In this document: piece after piece, positions 1-9,543 of the stretch
Layout of the letters: the number at the start of each line of letters is the position of its first letter
Position numbering within the stretch: position 1 is the stretch's first letter
Program-made: the position numbers and the translations under genes
The notes under the pieces: model-generated
What the model saw: the letters and a program-made list of their open reading frames with translations, nothing else
The model's database searches: none
What the model was told of the DNA's origin: nothing
DNA from: an uncultured Hyphomicrobiales bacterium
GTDB taxonomy: Bacteria; Bacteroidota; Ignavibacteria; Kapaibacteriales; UBA2268
Assembly (NCBI GenBank): GCA_964472015.1
Contig: CAYYIP010000002.1
Location: 48,977 to 112,976, forward strand
Length of the DNA: 64,000 nucleotides
Reading direction: 5' to 3'

Positions 1-210
1 AATGTAGCTACACTTGAAGTAGTTGATATATTTGGTAAGGTAGTTCGTACTTTACTAGATAATGAAACTGTAAATTCAGGGAATGCTTCTTATTCTTGGG
101 ATGGAGTAGATGAAGTAGGAAATAAAGTTAGCAATGGTAACTATATGATTAGATTAACTGTTGGTGACAATATTATGACTAAGAAAATGAGTTTAATTAG
201 AAATAATTAA
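1..210 (+). CDS. 3' end of a secreted protein with a FlgD-Ig-like / T9SS C-terminal sorting domain (runs off window start)
   Basis: Frame 1 is open from base 1 to TAA at 208-210: NVATLEVVDIFGKVVRTLLDNETVNSGNASYSWDGVDEVGNKVSNGNYMIRLTVGDNIMTKKMSLIRNN, matching the 'D..G..V.TL...WDG.D..G..V..G.Y...L' CTD pattern. Confidence 0.8.
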   Translation, partial: NVATLEVVDIFGKVVRTLLDNETVNSGNASYSWDGVDEVGNKVSNGNYMIRLTVGDNIMTKKMSLIRNN

Positions 211-243
211 TCTTATTAAATTTTTAAATTTTTTTATATCTAT

Positions 244-272
244 AGGGTTCTTCTTTTGAAGAACCCTTTTTA
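244..272 (+). terminator. Rho-independent terminator
   Basis: AGGGTTCTTC-TTTT-GAAGAACCCT perfect 10-bp stem followed by a T tract, 33 bp after the upstream stop. Confidence 0.85.
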
Positions 273-294
273 TTATTTAATTTAAGGTATGTAA

Positions 295-636
295 GTGCAA
301 GATTCTATTTTTACAAAAATTATAAAAAGAGAAATTCCGTCAGATATTATTTTTGAAGATAAAGATGTAATGGTGATTAAAGATATTAATCCATTAGCAC
401 CTATACATTTATTAATATTTCCTAAAATACAAATTGCTACATTAAATGAGTTAACGGAAAAAGATAGTGATTTAATTAGTAAAATTATATTAGTTGCTAC
501 CAAAATAGCAAAAGATTTTAAGGTAGACCAAACTGGGTATCGTTTAGTTATGAATTGTAATGAATATGCTGGGCAGACTGTATATCATATTCATTGTCAT
601 TTATTAGCAGGCAAAAAATTAAAATTTGAAGCATAA
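295..636 (+). CDS. hinT: HIT-family (histidine triad) nucleotide-binding protein, HinT-like
   Basis: SIFTKII..EIP N-terminus, DINPLAPIHLLIFPK, QTVYHIHCHLLAG triad; GTG start. Confidence 0.92.
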   Translation: MQDSIFTKIIKREIPSDIIFEDKDVMVIKDINPLAPIHLLIFPKIQIATLNELTEKDSDLISKIILVATKIAKDFKVDQTGYRLVMNCNEYAGQTVYHIHCHLLAGKKLKFEA

Positions 637-642
637 ATTAAA

Positions 643-3090
643 GTGGATATATTAGAAATATTAAAGGAAAGATTTGGTTTTAGTTCTTTTAAGAATGGTC
701 AAAGAGAAATAATTCAAACGATTATTAATAGAGAAAATACGCTTGTTGTTATGCCAACAGGTGGTGGTAAATCTTTATGTTATCAATTACCTGCTATTAT
801 AATGCCGGGTACTGCTATTGTTATTTCTCCTTTAATTTCTTTAATGAAAGATCAAAGTGATGCTCTTTCAAAAAATGGTATAGAGTCTACATTTATTAAT
901 AGTTCTTTGGATAGTAAAGAATATAAAGAACGAATGATAAATTTAAAAAATGCTAAATATAAACTTGTTTATATCGCTCCCGAACGTTTAGAGAATGATT
1001 ATTTTTTAAACGTCCTTAATGATATTAAGATTTCATTTTTAGTTGTGGATGAAGCTCATTGTATTTCTCAATGGGGACATGATTTTAGACCTTCATATTT
1101 AAATATATCTAATTTATTAGAAAAAACTAATATTTACCATACTGTTGCCTTAACGGCGACTGCTACGCCTAAGGTTCAAGAAGATATTGTAAAATATTTA
1201 AAATTGCATTCTTATAAGTCATTTATTTGTGGATTTAATAGACATAATTTAACATATTTTACTGAGAATACTAGTGATAAATTTAATAAGATTTATGATA
1301 TAATAGAGCCGTCAATACTTAAAGCAAAAGAAACAAGTGAATCCTGTGGTTCTAATATTATATATTGTGCTACTCGTAATCTTACTGATATTGTATATAA
1401 CAAATTAATTGAAAATAAAATTGATGTAGTTAATTATCATGCCGGATTAAGTGCAGAAGAACGTAAATATAATCAAGATTCTTTTGTTAGAGGTTATAAA
1501 AGTGTTATTGTTGCTACCAATGCTTTTGGAATGGGAATAGATAAACCTGATGTTAGAAACGTTATTCATTATAATTTACCGGGAAGTATAGAAAATTATT
1601 ACCAAGAGGCAGGTCGAGCAGGTCGGGATGGGTATCCATCTAATTGTTATTTATTTTATAATAGTAATGATATAAAATTACAAAAATATTTTATAAACTC
1701 AACTTTTCCGCCTTATGAAGATTTTTTAAAAGTTTTTTCTTATTTAAAATCTCTTAATCAAGAATTATGTATTGAGACACTAAAATCAATATCTAAGAAT
1801 ACAGGGATTTTACAGAATAGTTGTATTGCTAGTATACTAGAACAGTTTGAGAAATATAAAATTATTAGTAGAAATAATATTTCTCAAAAAGCAAAATTAA
1901 AATTTCTTTATACTAAAGAAGAATTAATAAGATATATGCAAACTATTAATGAAGAAAACAAAATAGTATTAGATGCAATTTTGCGTTCTGTTTCTGGTGA
2001 AAGTTTAAAAAAGTTTGTAGATATAGATATTGAATATATATTAAGAAAGTATGAAATAAAACCTGATATTTTTGTAAATTCTATAAGAGCTTTTAAATTA
2101 TATAATATAATAGAATATAAAGATTTCATACCTGAAAATTCTTTTTATTTTAATCTAAATATAAATAATTTTGAGGATTGTAATATAGATTTTGATTCTT
2201 TTTATATTCGTAAAAAAGTTAATGAATATAATTTAGAAAAAATGATTGAATATGCAGTAACAAAAGAATGTAAGCGTAAATTTATTCTTAATTATTTTCA
2301 AGATACAACTTATGATGAAAAAAAAGATAAATGTAAATGTAGTTCTTGTGAAATAAAACATAAGAGTAATAAAATAAATATTACTTTTGAAACTTTAGCA
2401 GTTTTACAATCTGTAAAAGATATTAAATGTAAATATGGACTATATTTGTTAATAGATTATTTATTAGGCGTTAAAAGTTATAAAATTACTAAAAATTTTT
2501 TATATGAATATGAAACTTTTGGTATATTAAAAGATACTTATAAATATAAGGGTGAAATAAAAACCATTATTGATATAGCAATTGAAAATAATTTATTAAA
2601 AGTTTCGGGAGATAAATATCCTATTATTATATTGACAGATATAGGTGAAAAATTATTAAATGATAATAAAATTATTTTATTAAAAACTATTAATAAAAAA
2701 AATAAAACAAATATTAAGAAAAAGATATATAACAAGGTATTTTTGTCAAAAGAAATAGAAAATTGTTATGATAAAACATATGTAGATGAATTTGCAGAAA
2801 AAATAGATAAGTTATTTATTGAAGGTAATGATATAGAATCGATTTCAAATATTTTACATTTGTCAAAAGGAGAAATTGCACAAAGAGTTCAGAAGGCAAT
2901 AGAGAAAGGGTATTCTTTTAAATGGTATAATTATATAAATAAAAATATATATATGCAAGTTAAGAATATAATAAAAGAACAACCATATATTTTATTAAAG
3001 GATATACAATCAAAACTTTTAATACCTATAGATTTTGCATTATTAAGAATAGTTGTTTCTTTTGTCAAGCAAGATATAAATATAAACTGA
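643..3090 (+). CDS. recQ: RecQ-family ATP-dependent DNA helicase
   Basis: MPTGGGKSLCYQ (Walker A), VDEAHCISQWGHDFRPSY, ALTATAT, ATNAFGMGIDKPDVR, YYQEAGRAGRDG, Cys-rich Zn motif, RQC-like and HTH-like C-terminus. Confidence 0.93.
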   Translation: MDILEILKERFGFSSFKNGQREIIQTIINRENTLVVMPTGGGKSLCYQLPAIIMPGTAIVISPLISLMKDQSDALSKNGIESTFINSSLDSKEYKERMINLKNAKYKLVYIAPERLENDYFLNVLNDIKISFLVVDEAHCISQWGHDFRPSYLNISNLLEKTNIYHTVALTATATPKVQEDIVKYLKLHSYKSFICGFNRHNLTYFTENTSDKFNKIYDIIEPSILKAKETSESCGSNIIYCATRNLTDIVYNKLIENKIDVVNYHAGLSAEERKYNQDSFVRGYKSVIVATNAFGMGIDKPDVRNVIHYNLPGSIENYYQEAGRAGRDGYPSNCYLFYNSNDIKLQKYFINSTFPPYEDFLKVFSYLKSLNQELCIETLKSISKNTGILQNSCIASILEQFEKYKIISRNNISQKAKLKFLYTKEELIRYMQTINEENKIVLDAILRSVSGESLKKFVDIDIEYILRKYEIKPDIFVNSIRAFKLYNIIEYKDFIPENSFYFNLNINNFEDCNIDFDSFYIRKKVNEYNLEKMIEYAVTKECKRKFILNYFQDTTYDEKKDKCKCSSCEIKHKSNKINITFETLAVLQSVKDIKCKYGLYLLIDYLLGVKSYKITKNFLYEYETFGILKDTYKYKGEIKTIIDIAIENNLLKVSGDKYPIIILTDIGEKLLNDNKIILLKTINKKNKTNIKKKIYNKVFLSKEIENCYDKTYVDEFAEKIDKLFIEGNDIESISNILHLSKGEIAQRVQKAIEKGYSFKWYNYINKNIYMQVKNIIKEQPYILLKDIQSKLLIPIDFALLRIVVSFVKQDININ

Positions 3091-3123
3091 TAAAGTTATA
3101 AAAAATTAACTATTAACTAAAAA

Positions 3124-3903
3124 ATGAGAAAAAAAATTATTATTATAGCAGGTCCTTGCGTTGTTGAATCTTTTGAAATGTTAGATGAAACTGCTGCAAC
3201 ATTAAAGGATATTTTTAAAAATTATGATAACATAGATTTTTATTTTAAATCTTCTTATAAAAAAGCGAATCGTAGCAGTATAACCTCTTTTACTGGTGTT
3301 GGTAATGAAAAAGCTCTTATATGGTTGAAATTAGTAGGTGAAAAATATAATTTAAAATTACTTACTGATGTTCATGAAACTACTGATGTTGAAATGGTTA
3401 CTAATTATGTAGATGTTTTACAAATTCCTGCTTTTTTGTCTAGACAAACAGATTTATTAATTGCAGCTGCAAAAACGGGTAAACAGATTAATATAAAAAA
3501 AGGACAGTTTATGGCGCCTGATGATATGCAAAAAGTAGTAGAAAAAATAATAAATTTTAACAATAAAAAAATATGGTTAACAGAACGTGGAACTTGTTTT
3601 GGATATCATAATTTAATTGTAGATTTTCGTGGAATTTTAGAAATGCAGAAAATGAAATTTCCAGTTATTTATGATGCTACCCATTCATTACAATTACCAT
3701 CTATTGGAGTCGAAACAGGTGGTAATCCGGAATTTATTTTTGCATTAACTCGTGCTGCTGTTGCTGTTGGAGTTGAAGGAGTATTTTTTGAAACACATCC
3801 AAATCCTAAACTAGCAAAAAGTGATTCAGCAACACAATTACCTTTATCAGAAGCTGAGAGTTTTGTAAAAATGATTATGAAATATATAAATATAAATTTA
3901 TAA
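3124..3903 (+). CDS. kdsA: 3-deoxy-8-phosphooctulonate (KDO8P) synthase
   Basis: IAGPCVVES, KSSYKKANRSS, QIPAFLSRQTDLL, NIKKGQF, ERGTCFGY, DATHSLQ, ETHPNP..SD. Confidence 0.95.
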   Translation: MRKKIIIIAGPCVVESFEMLDETAATLKDIFKNYDNIDFYFKSSYKKANRSSITSFTGVGNEKALIWLKLVGEKYNLKLLTDVHETTDVEMVTNYVDVLQIPAFLSRQTDLLIAAAKTGKQINIKKGQFMAPDDMQKVVEKIINFNNKKIWLTERGTCFGYHNLIVDFRGILEMQKMKFPVIYDATHSLQLPSIGVETGGNPEFIFALTRAAVAVGVEGVFFETHPNPKLAKSDSATQLPLSEAESFVKMIMKYININL

Positions 3904-3988
3904 TATTTATTTATATTAAATAATATATTTTTAATTACTAAGAAACAAAATAAGCATATACATATTTATTTTTATAGAAGAGAGTATG

Positions 3989-5305
3989 TTATTTAGCAGT
4001 TTCTTTTAATTTATATTCCATATATTCTATTTCTTTTTTTACATCTGGTATAAATATTTCTAAATTTGTATCTATTTTTGCAAGTTCAATAAATTTTTTA
4101 TAATCATTAATGGCATCTTCATATTTACCTAATGCTCTATATGCATTTGCTCTATTATGAATAATAGTTGCATCTTTTTGTTGTTTTAATAAAGCTGTAT
4201 AATCATTAATAGCTTCGTTATATTTCTTTATATTATAAAAGCAATTACCTCTATTTTTTAGAACTTCAGGTCGTTCAGATAATTCGCTAATTAATACTTT
4301 GGTATAATCTTGTATAGCATTTTCAAAATTTTTATCAAGATAATTCATATTTCCACGTAATTCATATACATTCATTCCATCTTTATAATTTAGTGCCTTA
4401 TCTAAATTTTTTATTGCTTCTTTATAATTGCCAAGACGATAGTGAGTTAAGGCAATATAATAATAAACTCTATCATGTTTACTATTATTATTACTATTAT
4501 TATTACTATTATTCAATGCTTGATTAAAATCTTTTATAGCATTTTCAAATTCAGAATTTTCCATATAAGCAATCCCACGATAAAATAATAAATCTTCATC
4601 ATTTGGTTTGAGATTAAAGGCAAAAGTATAGTCTTTAATTGATTGTTCATAGTTTTTTAATTCTAAATTTATGGTAGCACGCAATTTATATGCATCTGAA
4701 GCTTCTGGGTTTATTATAATTGCAGTATCTAAATCATTTTTAGCTTGTTTAAAATCTTTTAAATTATATAAAACTTCACCTCGTGTAATGAATGCAGCAT
4801 AATTTTTAGGGTTTAATGTAATTGCTTTTGTAAAATCTGCAATAGCAAGTTGTTTATCATTATTTTCTAAATACAATATTCCTCGATTATAATAAAATCC
4901 GGAATTTTTAGGGTCAATTTCTATAAGTTTATTAAAATCATTTAAGGCAAGATTATACTGTTTTTGCAATCTATAAGATTCTGCACGACTACGGTAAGCA
5001 TCTGAAAATTTTACATCTATTTTTATTGCTTCTGTAAAATCGTTTATAGCTAAGTCATATTTCCCAGTTGAATAATATGCATTTCCTCTTAAATTATATG
5101 CTTCTGCAATTAAAGGATTTTTTTCTAAAAGAATAGTTATAGCTTTTATTACTGCATTATAATTATTAGCATTATAAAATGATACTGCTTGATTAAAGAT
5201 ATTTATTTCTTCTTCCGTTTTTAATACAATATTTTCTTTTGCATAAACATTTATTGTAGTACAATAAGTTATTATAAAAAATATTAAGAAAAATCGTGCT
5301 TTCAT
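3989..5305 (-). CDS. Exported tetratricopeptide-repeat protein
   Basis: Hydrophobic N-terminal signal, then about 11 34-aa repeats of the AY..RG..Y...G.Y..AI.DF..AI...P type. Confidence 0.88.
   Translation of the reverse strand: MKARFFLIFFIITYCTTINVYAKENIVLKTEEEINIFNQAVSFYNANNYNAVIKAITILLEKNPLIAEAYNLRGNAYYSTGKYDLAINDFTEAIKIDVKFSDAYRSRAESYRLQKQYNLALNDFNKLIEIDPKNSGFYYNRGILYLENNDKQLAIADFTKAITLNPKNYAAFITRGEVLYNLKDFKQAKNDLDTAIIINPEASDAYKLRATINLELKNYEQSIKDYTFAFNLKPNDEDLLFYRGIAYMENSEFENAIKDFNQALNNSNNNSNNNSKHDRVYYYIALTHYRLGNYKEAIKNLDKALNYKDGMNVYELRGNMNYLDKNFENAIQDYTKVLISELSERPEVLKNRGNCFYNIKKYNEAINDYTALLKQQKDATIIHNRANAYRALGKYEDAINDYKKFIELAKIDTNLEIFIPDVKKEIEYMEYKLKETAK
4479..4513. repeat. In-frame 12-bp tandem repeat (TTACTATTATTA x ~3) inside the TPR gene
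   Basis: Read directly; encodes NNSNNNSNNNS between two TPR units. Confidence 0.8.
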
Positions 5306-5407
5306 AAATTATTTTTTGAATTATATTTATATATTAATCTGAATTATAATTTTGTATCTAAGTATGATATCAATTATTGTGCCATTTATAATTTTATTCT
5401 AATTTAA

Positions 5408-6094
5408 TTATAAAATATCATTTTTCAATAAATCAGGACGTATTTTTTTTGTTTTTAACAAAGATTGTTGATATTGCCAGTTTTTTATATCTTTATGATT
5501 TCCTGATAGTAAAACTTTAGGAACTTCTAAATTCCTGAAAACAGCGGGGCGTGTGTATTGTGGTGGCTCTAATAATCCATCCATTAGTGAATCTGCGAGT
5601 GCTGATTCTATATTTCCTAATACACCGGGTAATAATCTAACAATAGAATCTATTAATACTAATGCAGGTAGTTCACCACCTGATAAAATATAATCTCCTA
5701 TAGAAATTTCTTTTGTAATATATTTGTCTCTTATACGTTGATCTATTCCTTTATAATGTCCTGCTAGTATAATTATGTTTTTTAATAATGATAGAGCATT
5801 TGATGTCGTTTGTGTTAAAAGCGGAGCATCAGGTGTCATAAATATAATTTCATCGTATATACGTTCTGATGTTAAATTTTCTATGCAATCAAAAACAGGT
5901 TGACATTTTATTAACATACCTGCATCGCCACCAAAAGGGTAATCATCTATATGTTTGAATTTATCTTTTGCATAATTATGTAAATTATGAGTATAAATTT
6001 CCACAATATTTTTTTGTTGTGCATTATATAATATACTTGTAGATAAAAATGATAGCATTGATTCTGGAACAGCAGAAATTATATCAATTCTCAT
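5408..6094 (-). CDS. trmD: tRNA (guanine37-N1)-methyltransferase
   Basis: MRIDIIS, DDYPFGGDAGM, GHYKGIDQR, ISIGDYILSGGELPA, LLEPPQYTRP. Confidence 0.96.
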   Translation of the reverse strand: MRIDIISAVPESMLSFLSTSILYNAQQKNIVEIYTHNLHNYAKDKFKHIDDYPFGGDAGMLIKCQPVFDCIENLTSERIYDEIIFMTPDAPLLTQTTSNALSLLKNIIILAGHYKGIDQRIRDKYITKEISIGDYILSGGELPALVLIDSIVRLLPGVLGNIESALADSLMDGLLEPPQYTRPAVFRNLEVPKVLLSGNHKDIKNWQYQQSLLKTKKIRPDLLKNDIL

Positions 6095-6122
6095 AAAATT
6101 TTTATTATTAAATTTTTGTTTA

Positions 6123-6653
6123 TTATTGTGTAGGTTTATTACTTAATATATCCATTAATCCATCTAATATAACTATTTTTATTATTTTATTTTGTATATC
6201 TATTGCTTTTACTATATCATCAATTAAAGGAATTGGTAAATCGCCTTTTTTTGTTTTTGTTAGTAAAACATCATTTGCAGGCATATTCCAATATTCTATA
6301 ATAGTACCAATATTTTCATTTGTTTTAACATCTAAAACATTAAATCCTATAATTTCATTTGGAAATATAAAATAAGGATTATATTTTAAAATTAAATCTT
6401 TTTCTAAAAATATTCCTTGTTCTTTTAATTTTATTGCTTCTTCTTTTGTTTGTATTTCCAATAAAAATAAAGAAATTGATTTATTTTTAATAGTATAAAT
6501 ATCCTGTGTTAATATATATATATTAAAAAATTCTTTACTATATCCAATTGATATTTTTGTTCCTTTTGGAATAAAAATATTATTAAAAAAACTTGTAAAT
6601 AGTATTTCTCCTTTTATTCCTTTATTTCCTATTATATTTCCAATATGTTTCAT
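6123..6653 (-). CDS. rimM: 16S rRNA processing protein RimM
   Basis: IGNIIGNKGIKGE N-terminus, PRC barrel EIIGFNV...GTIIEYWNMPANDVL...IPLIDDIV; directly upstream of trmD. Confidence 0.85.
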   Translation of the reverse strand: MKHIGNIIGNKGIKGEILFTSFFNNIFIPKGTKISIGYSKEFFNIYILTQDIYTIKNKSISLFLLEIQTKEEAIKLKEQGIFLEKDLILKYNPYFIFPNEIIGFNVLDVKTNENIGTIIEYWNMPANDVLLTKTKKGDLPIPLIDDIVKAIDIQNKIIKIVILDGLMDILSNKPTQ

Positions 6654-8353
6654 AATTGTTTATTATCATTAATAATATCTTCTTTTTTGATTTTTAATCT
6701 TAAAGATATGAGTGTTCCAGGATTATTTTTATTATTTTGTATAATTGCTTTTCCTCCAATGGAATTTGCTTTTTCTTTTATACCTAATAGTCCAAAAGAT
6801 TTTGGATCATTTATTTTTTCTACTGGAATACCTATTCCATTATCTATTATGTCTAATTCTAATATTTCATTTCTATAAATTAATTTTATATCTACTCTTG
6901 AAGCTTTTGCATGTCTTATTATATTTGTTATTGCTTCCTGGAAGATACGAAAAATAGGGACTCTGAACTCTTCTTTTACATTAAAATCAGATGGTTCTAT
7001 TGTTACTTTACATCTTATTGACATTCTTCGCTGGAATTCGCCTGCTTGCCATTCTATTGCTGCTGCTAGACCAAAATGGTCAAGTACAGATGGTCGTAAA
7101 TCTAATGAAATACTTTTTACTTTTTGTATTGCTGTATCTAATAATTTTAACATTCCTGTTATACGAGAAGATATATTTTTATCATTAATATTGACTTTAT
7201 TTTGTAACCAAGTTGTGTCCATTTTTATTGCTGATAATGCGTATCCTAGTTCATCATGTACTGCGAATGCAATTTGTTTTCTTTCTTCTTCACGTACTTT
7301 ATCTATATGTAATGCTAGGTTACGCATTTTTTGTTCATTTTCAACAAGAGCTTTTTGTGCCATAACAAAATCTGTTTTATCTTTTACAATTGTAGATATA
7401 CCTAGTATATTACCTGTTTCATCAAATAATGGATATATAGTAAATGATACAAAATATTTTTTATTTGCTTTATTTAATGGAATAAAATCTATATGTTGTA
7501 TACTTTGTGTATTATCATGTGCATATTTAGTGATTGATACTAGTGTTTCAAAATTAATACAGTGATCAAGTATTGTGAGAGGTTGTCCAATTATTTGATC
7601 TGCTACATATCCAAACATAATTTCTGCTGCAGAATTCCAACTATTTATAACTCCTCGTTTATCTACTACAAATATAGCATCTTCAGAACCATCAATTATT
7701 GCATTAAGTCTACTTTTTGAACCTTCTAATTGTGTTTGTATTGTAATATCACGGCTAATAAGAAATAAATAAACTATGTTATCATCTATATCAAATATAG
7801 GAATACAATTTAATTCTATATATTTTTCATTTTTATACAATGAGTTTTTTTTATAATATTTGTTATATTTTATTGCTTCTTTTGTTTCAATTACTTTATG
7901 TAAAATAGTATCTTGTTTGAAAACTTCTTCTTTAAAGAATATAGTTATTGCATCACTACCAATTATGTCATTATTTATGTTTATTAGTTCTTGATTAGCC
8001 CAAATTATGCGCATTTTAGAATCTATCAAACAAAAATAATCACTATGTTTATCAAGTGAATGTAATAATTCATTGCGTAGTTTACGTTCATTTATTTGAA
8101 TGTTCGTTGCTATTTTTTTTCGTTTAATAGATAAAGAAATATTAATATAATAAGATATTCCTAATATAAAACAAGAAAAAAATATTGATATTACGAAGCT
8201 ATTTAATATTCTATTACTTACAATTTTATTATAAATATTTAAACCATCATCTGAAATTAAAAAATATAATAATAATACTATAAAAACTGAAAAAAGTATT
8301 AATATCTGACTTATATATTTCTCTTCAGGCATATTAAAGTAATTATTTGTCAT
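6650..8353 (-). CDS. Membrane-bound PAS/PAC sensor histidine kinase, HisKA_3 (NarX/UhpB class)
   Basis: Two N-terminal TM helices, two PAS domains (INSWNSAAEIMFGY), H-box EEERKQIAFAVHDELG, FRIFQEAITNIIRHA, DNGIG, FGLLGIKE; ATGA overlap with the rimM start. Confidence 0.9.
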   Translation of the reverse strand: MTNNYFNMPEEKYISQILILFSVFIVLLLYFLISDDGLNIYNKIVSNRILNSFVISIFFSCFILGISYYINISLSIKRKKIATNIQINERKLRNELLHSLDKHSDYFCLIDSKMRIIWANQELININNDIIGSDAITIFFKEEVFKQDTILHKVIETKEAIKYNKYYKKNSLYKNEKYIELNCIPIFDIDDNIVYLFLISRDITIQTQLEGSKSRLNAIIDGSEDAIFVVDKRGVINSWNSAAEIMFGYVADQIIGQPLTILDHCINFETLVSITKYAHDNTQSIQHIDFIPLNKANKKYFVSFTIYPLFDETGNILGISTIVKDKTDFVMAQKALVENEQKMRNLALHIDKVREEERKQIAFAVHDELGYALSAIKMDTTWLQNKVNINDKNISSRITGMLKLLDTAIQKVKSISLDLRPSVLDHFGLAAAIEWQAGEFQRRMSIRCKVTIEPSDFNVKEEFRVPIFRIFQEAITNIIRHAKASRVDIKLIYRNEILELDIIDNGIGIPVEKINDPKSFGLLGIKEKANSIGGKAIIQNNKNNPGTLISLRLKIKKEDIINDNKQL

Positions 8354-8639
8354 AATTTTATAAAACTAATTTATTGAAATAATTATTAAAATACGAAAAA
8401 AAATTATTTTTTAATATATTTTTTTTATTATTTGCTATATTTTTAAATTACTTATATTGTAACAAGATAAGATAAAATTTATTATATTTATTATTTATTT
8501 TTTATAAAAAATTTACATAAATATATAAATTAAATTTTATTTTGATATTGTATTTATCTTATTTATTTATAATATATTATAAAATATGTTTTGTATTTTG
8601 AAAATATAGATAAGTTATTTGAGACGAATTATATGGTAT

Positions 8640-9065
8640 TTAATTATCAATTTTTATTTCCCATTTTTCCCCTTTGCATATTTCTTCATTAATACAAATA
8701 TGTTCATCATATAAAATACATAAATAAGAATCTTCATTAAAATACTTACATTGTCCACATATAGTTTTAGATTTTATTGTTGATATATATTCTTTATAAT
8801 TATAATATTGTTTATATGCAGGGTATAATCCTAAAAACCATAATATAAACATAACAAATGAATTTAATTCATATTGTTTAACTTTAACTATAATTGTTAA
8901 AGTAATAATCATAATTATAATAGAACGTAACAGAATACCAAAAATTATATATCCAATTGGTGTAATTACTGATGATATCTTATTATTATTTGAATTATTA
9001 GTATTATCAAATCCATTTAACAAAAAAATATCTTTAATTGTTTCAATAAATAATTGTATTTTCAA
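8640..9065 (-). CDS. Small membrane protein with C-terminal Cys/His cluster, function unknown
   Basis: Two hydrophobic helices then CGQCKYFNEDSYLCILYDEHICINEEICKGEKWE; TTG start uncertain. Confidence 0.65.
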   Translation of the reverse strand: MKIQLFIETIKDIFLLNGFDNTNNSNNNKISSVITPIGYIIFGILLRSIIIMIITLTIIVKVKQYELNSFVMFILWFLGLYPAYKQYYNYKEYISTIKSKTICGQCKYFNEDSYLCILYDEHICINEEICKGEKWEIKIDN

Positions 9066-9096
9066 AATAGTTTATTAAATATTTTTCAGTAAAAAA

Positions 9097-9522
9097 TTAT
9101 AAATGTTTAATTAAAGTAAGTGTATTAAATTTATTTTGTTCTGTTTTTTTTTCATAAAATATTTCATCCATAAAAGATGTTACTATATGAATACCAAGTC
9201 CACCGGGGATAAGTTTTTTTACATTATCAAGACAATTTTTATTTACATGTTCGCGAATATCAAATGAATTAGAATAATCTTTTATTATAGTTATTAATTT
9301 ATGTTTTAATAATGTTATATGTATATCAATTATATTATCAATTTTATTATTATCTCGATAAGCATATTTAATTAAATTAGTACATACTTCATCAATAGAC
9401 AATACTATAAGTTCTGCAAGTTTAGAACTTATAGTATTATTGACAAGAATAAAATCAATTATTTTTTGTCTCATTATTGATAATTCTTCTAATTTTGTGC
9501 TAATAGTTATATGAGTTTCCAT
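9097..9522 (-). CDS. rsbW: Anti-sigma factor / Ser kinase, RsbW/SpoIIAB family (HATPase_c_2)
   Basis: N-box SIDEVCTNLIKYAY, G2 box GGLGIHIVTSFMDE; adjacent to a STAS gene. Confidence 0.85.
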   Translation of the reverse strand: METHITISTKLEELSIMRQKIIDFILVNNTISSKLAELIVLSIDEVCTNLIKYAYRDNNKIDNIIDIHITLLKHKLITIIKDYSNSFDIREHVNKNCLDNVKKLIPGGLGIHIVTSFMDEIFYEKKTEQNKFNTLTLIKHL

Positions 9523-9543
9523 TTTGCTATATTATTGCTTAAT

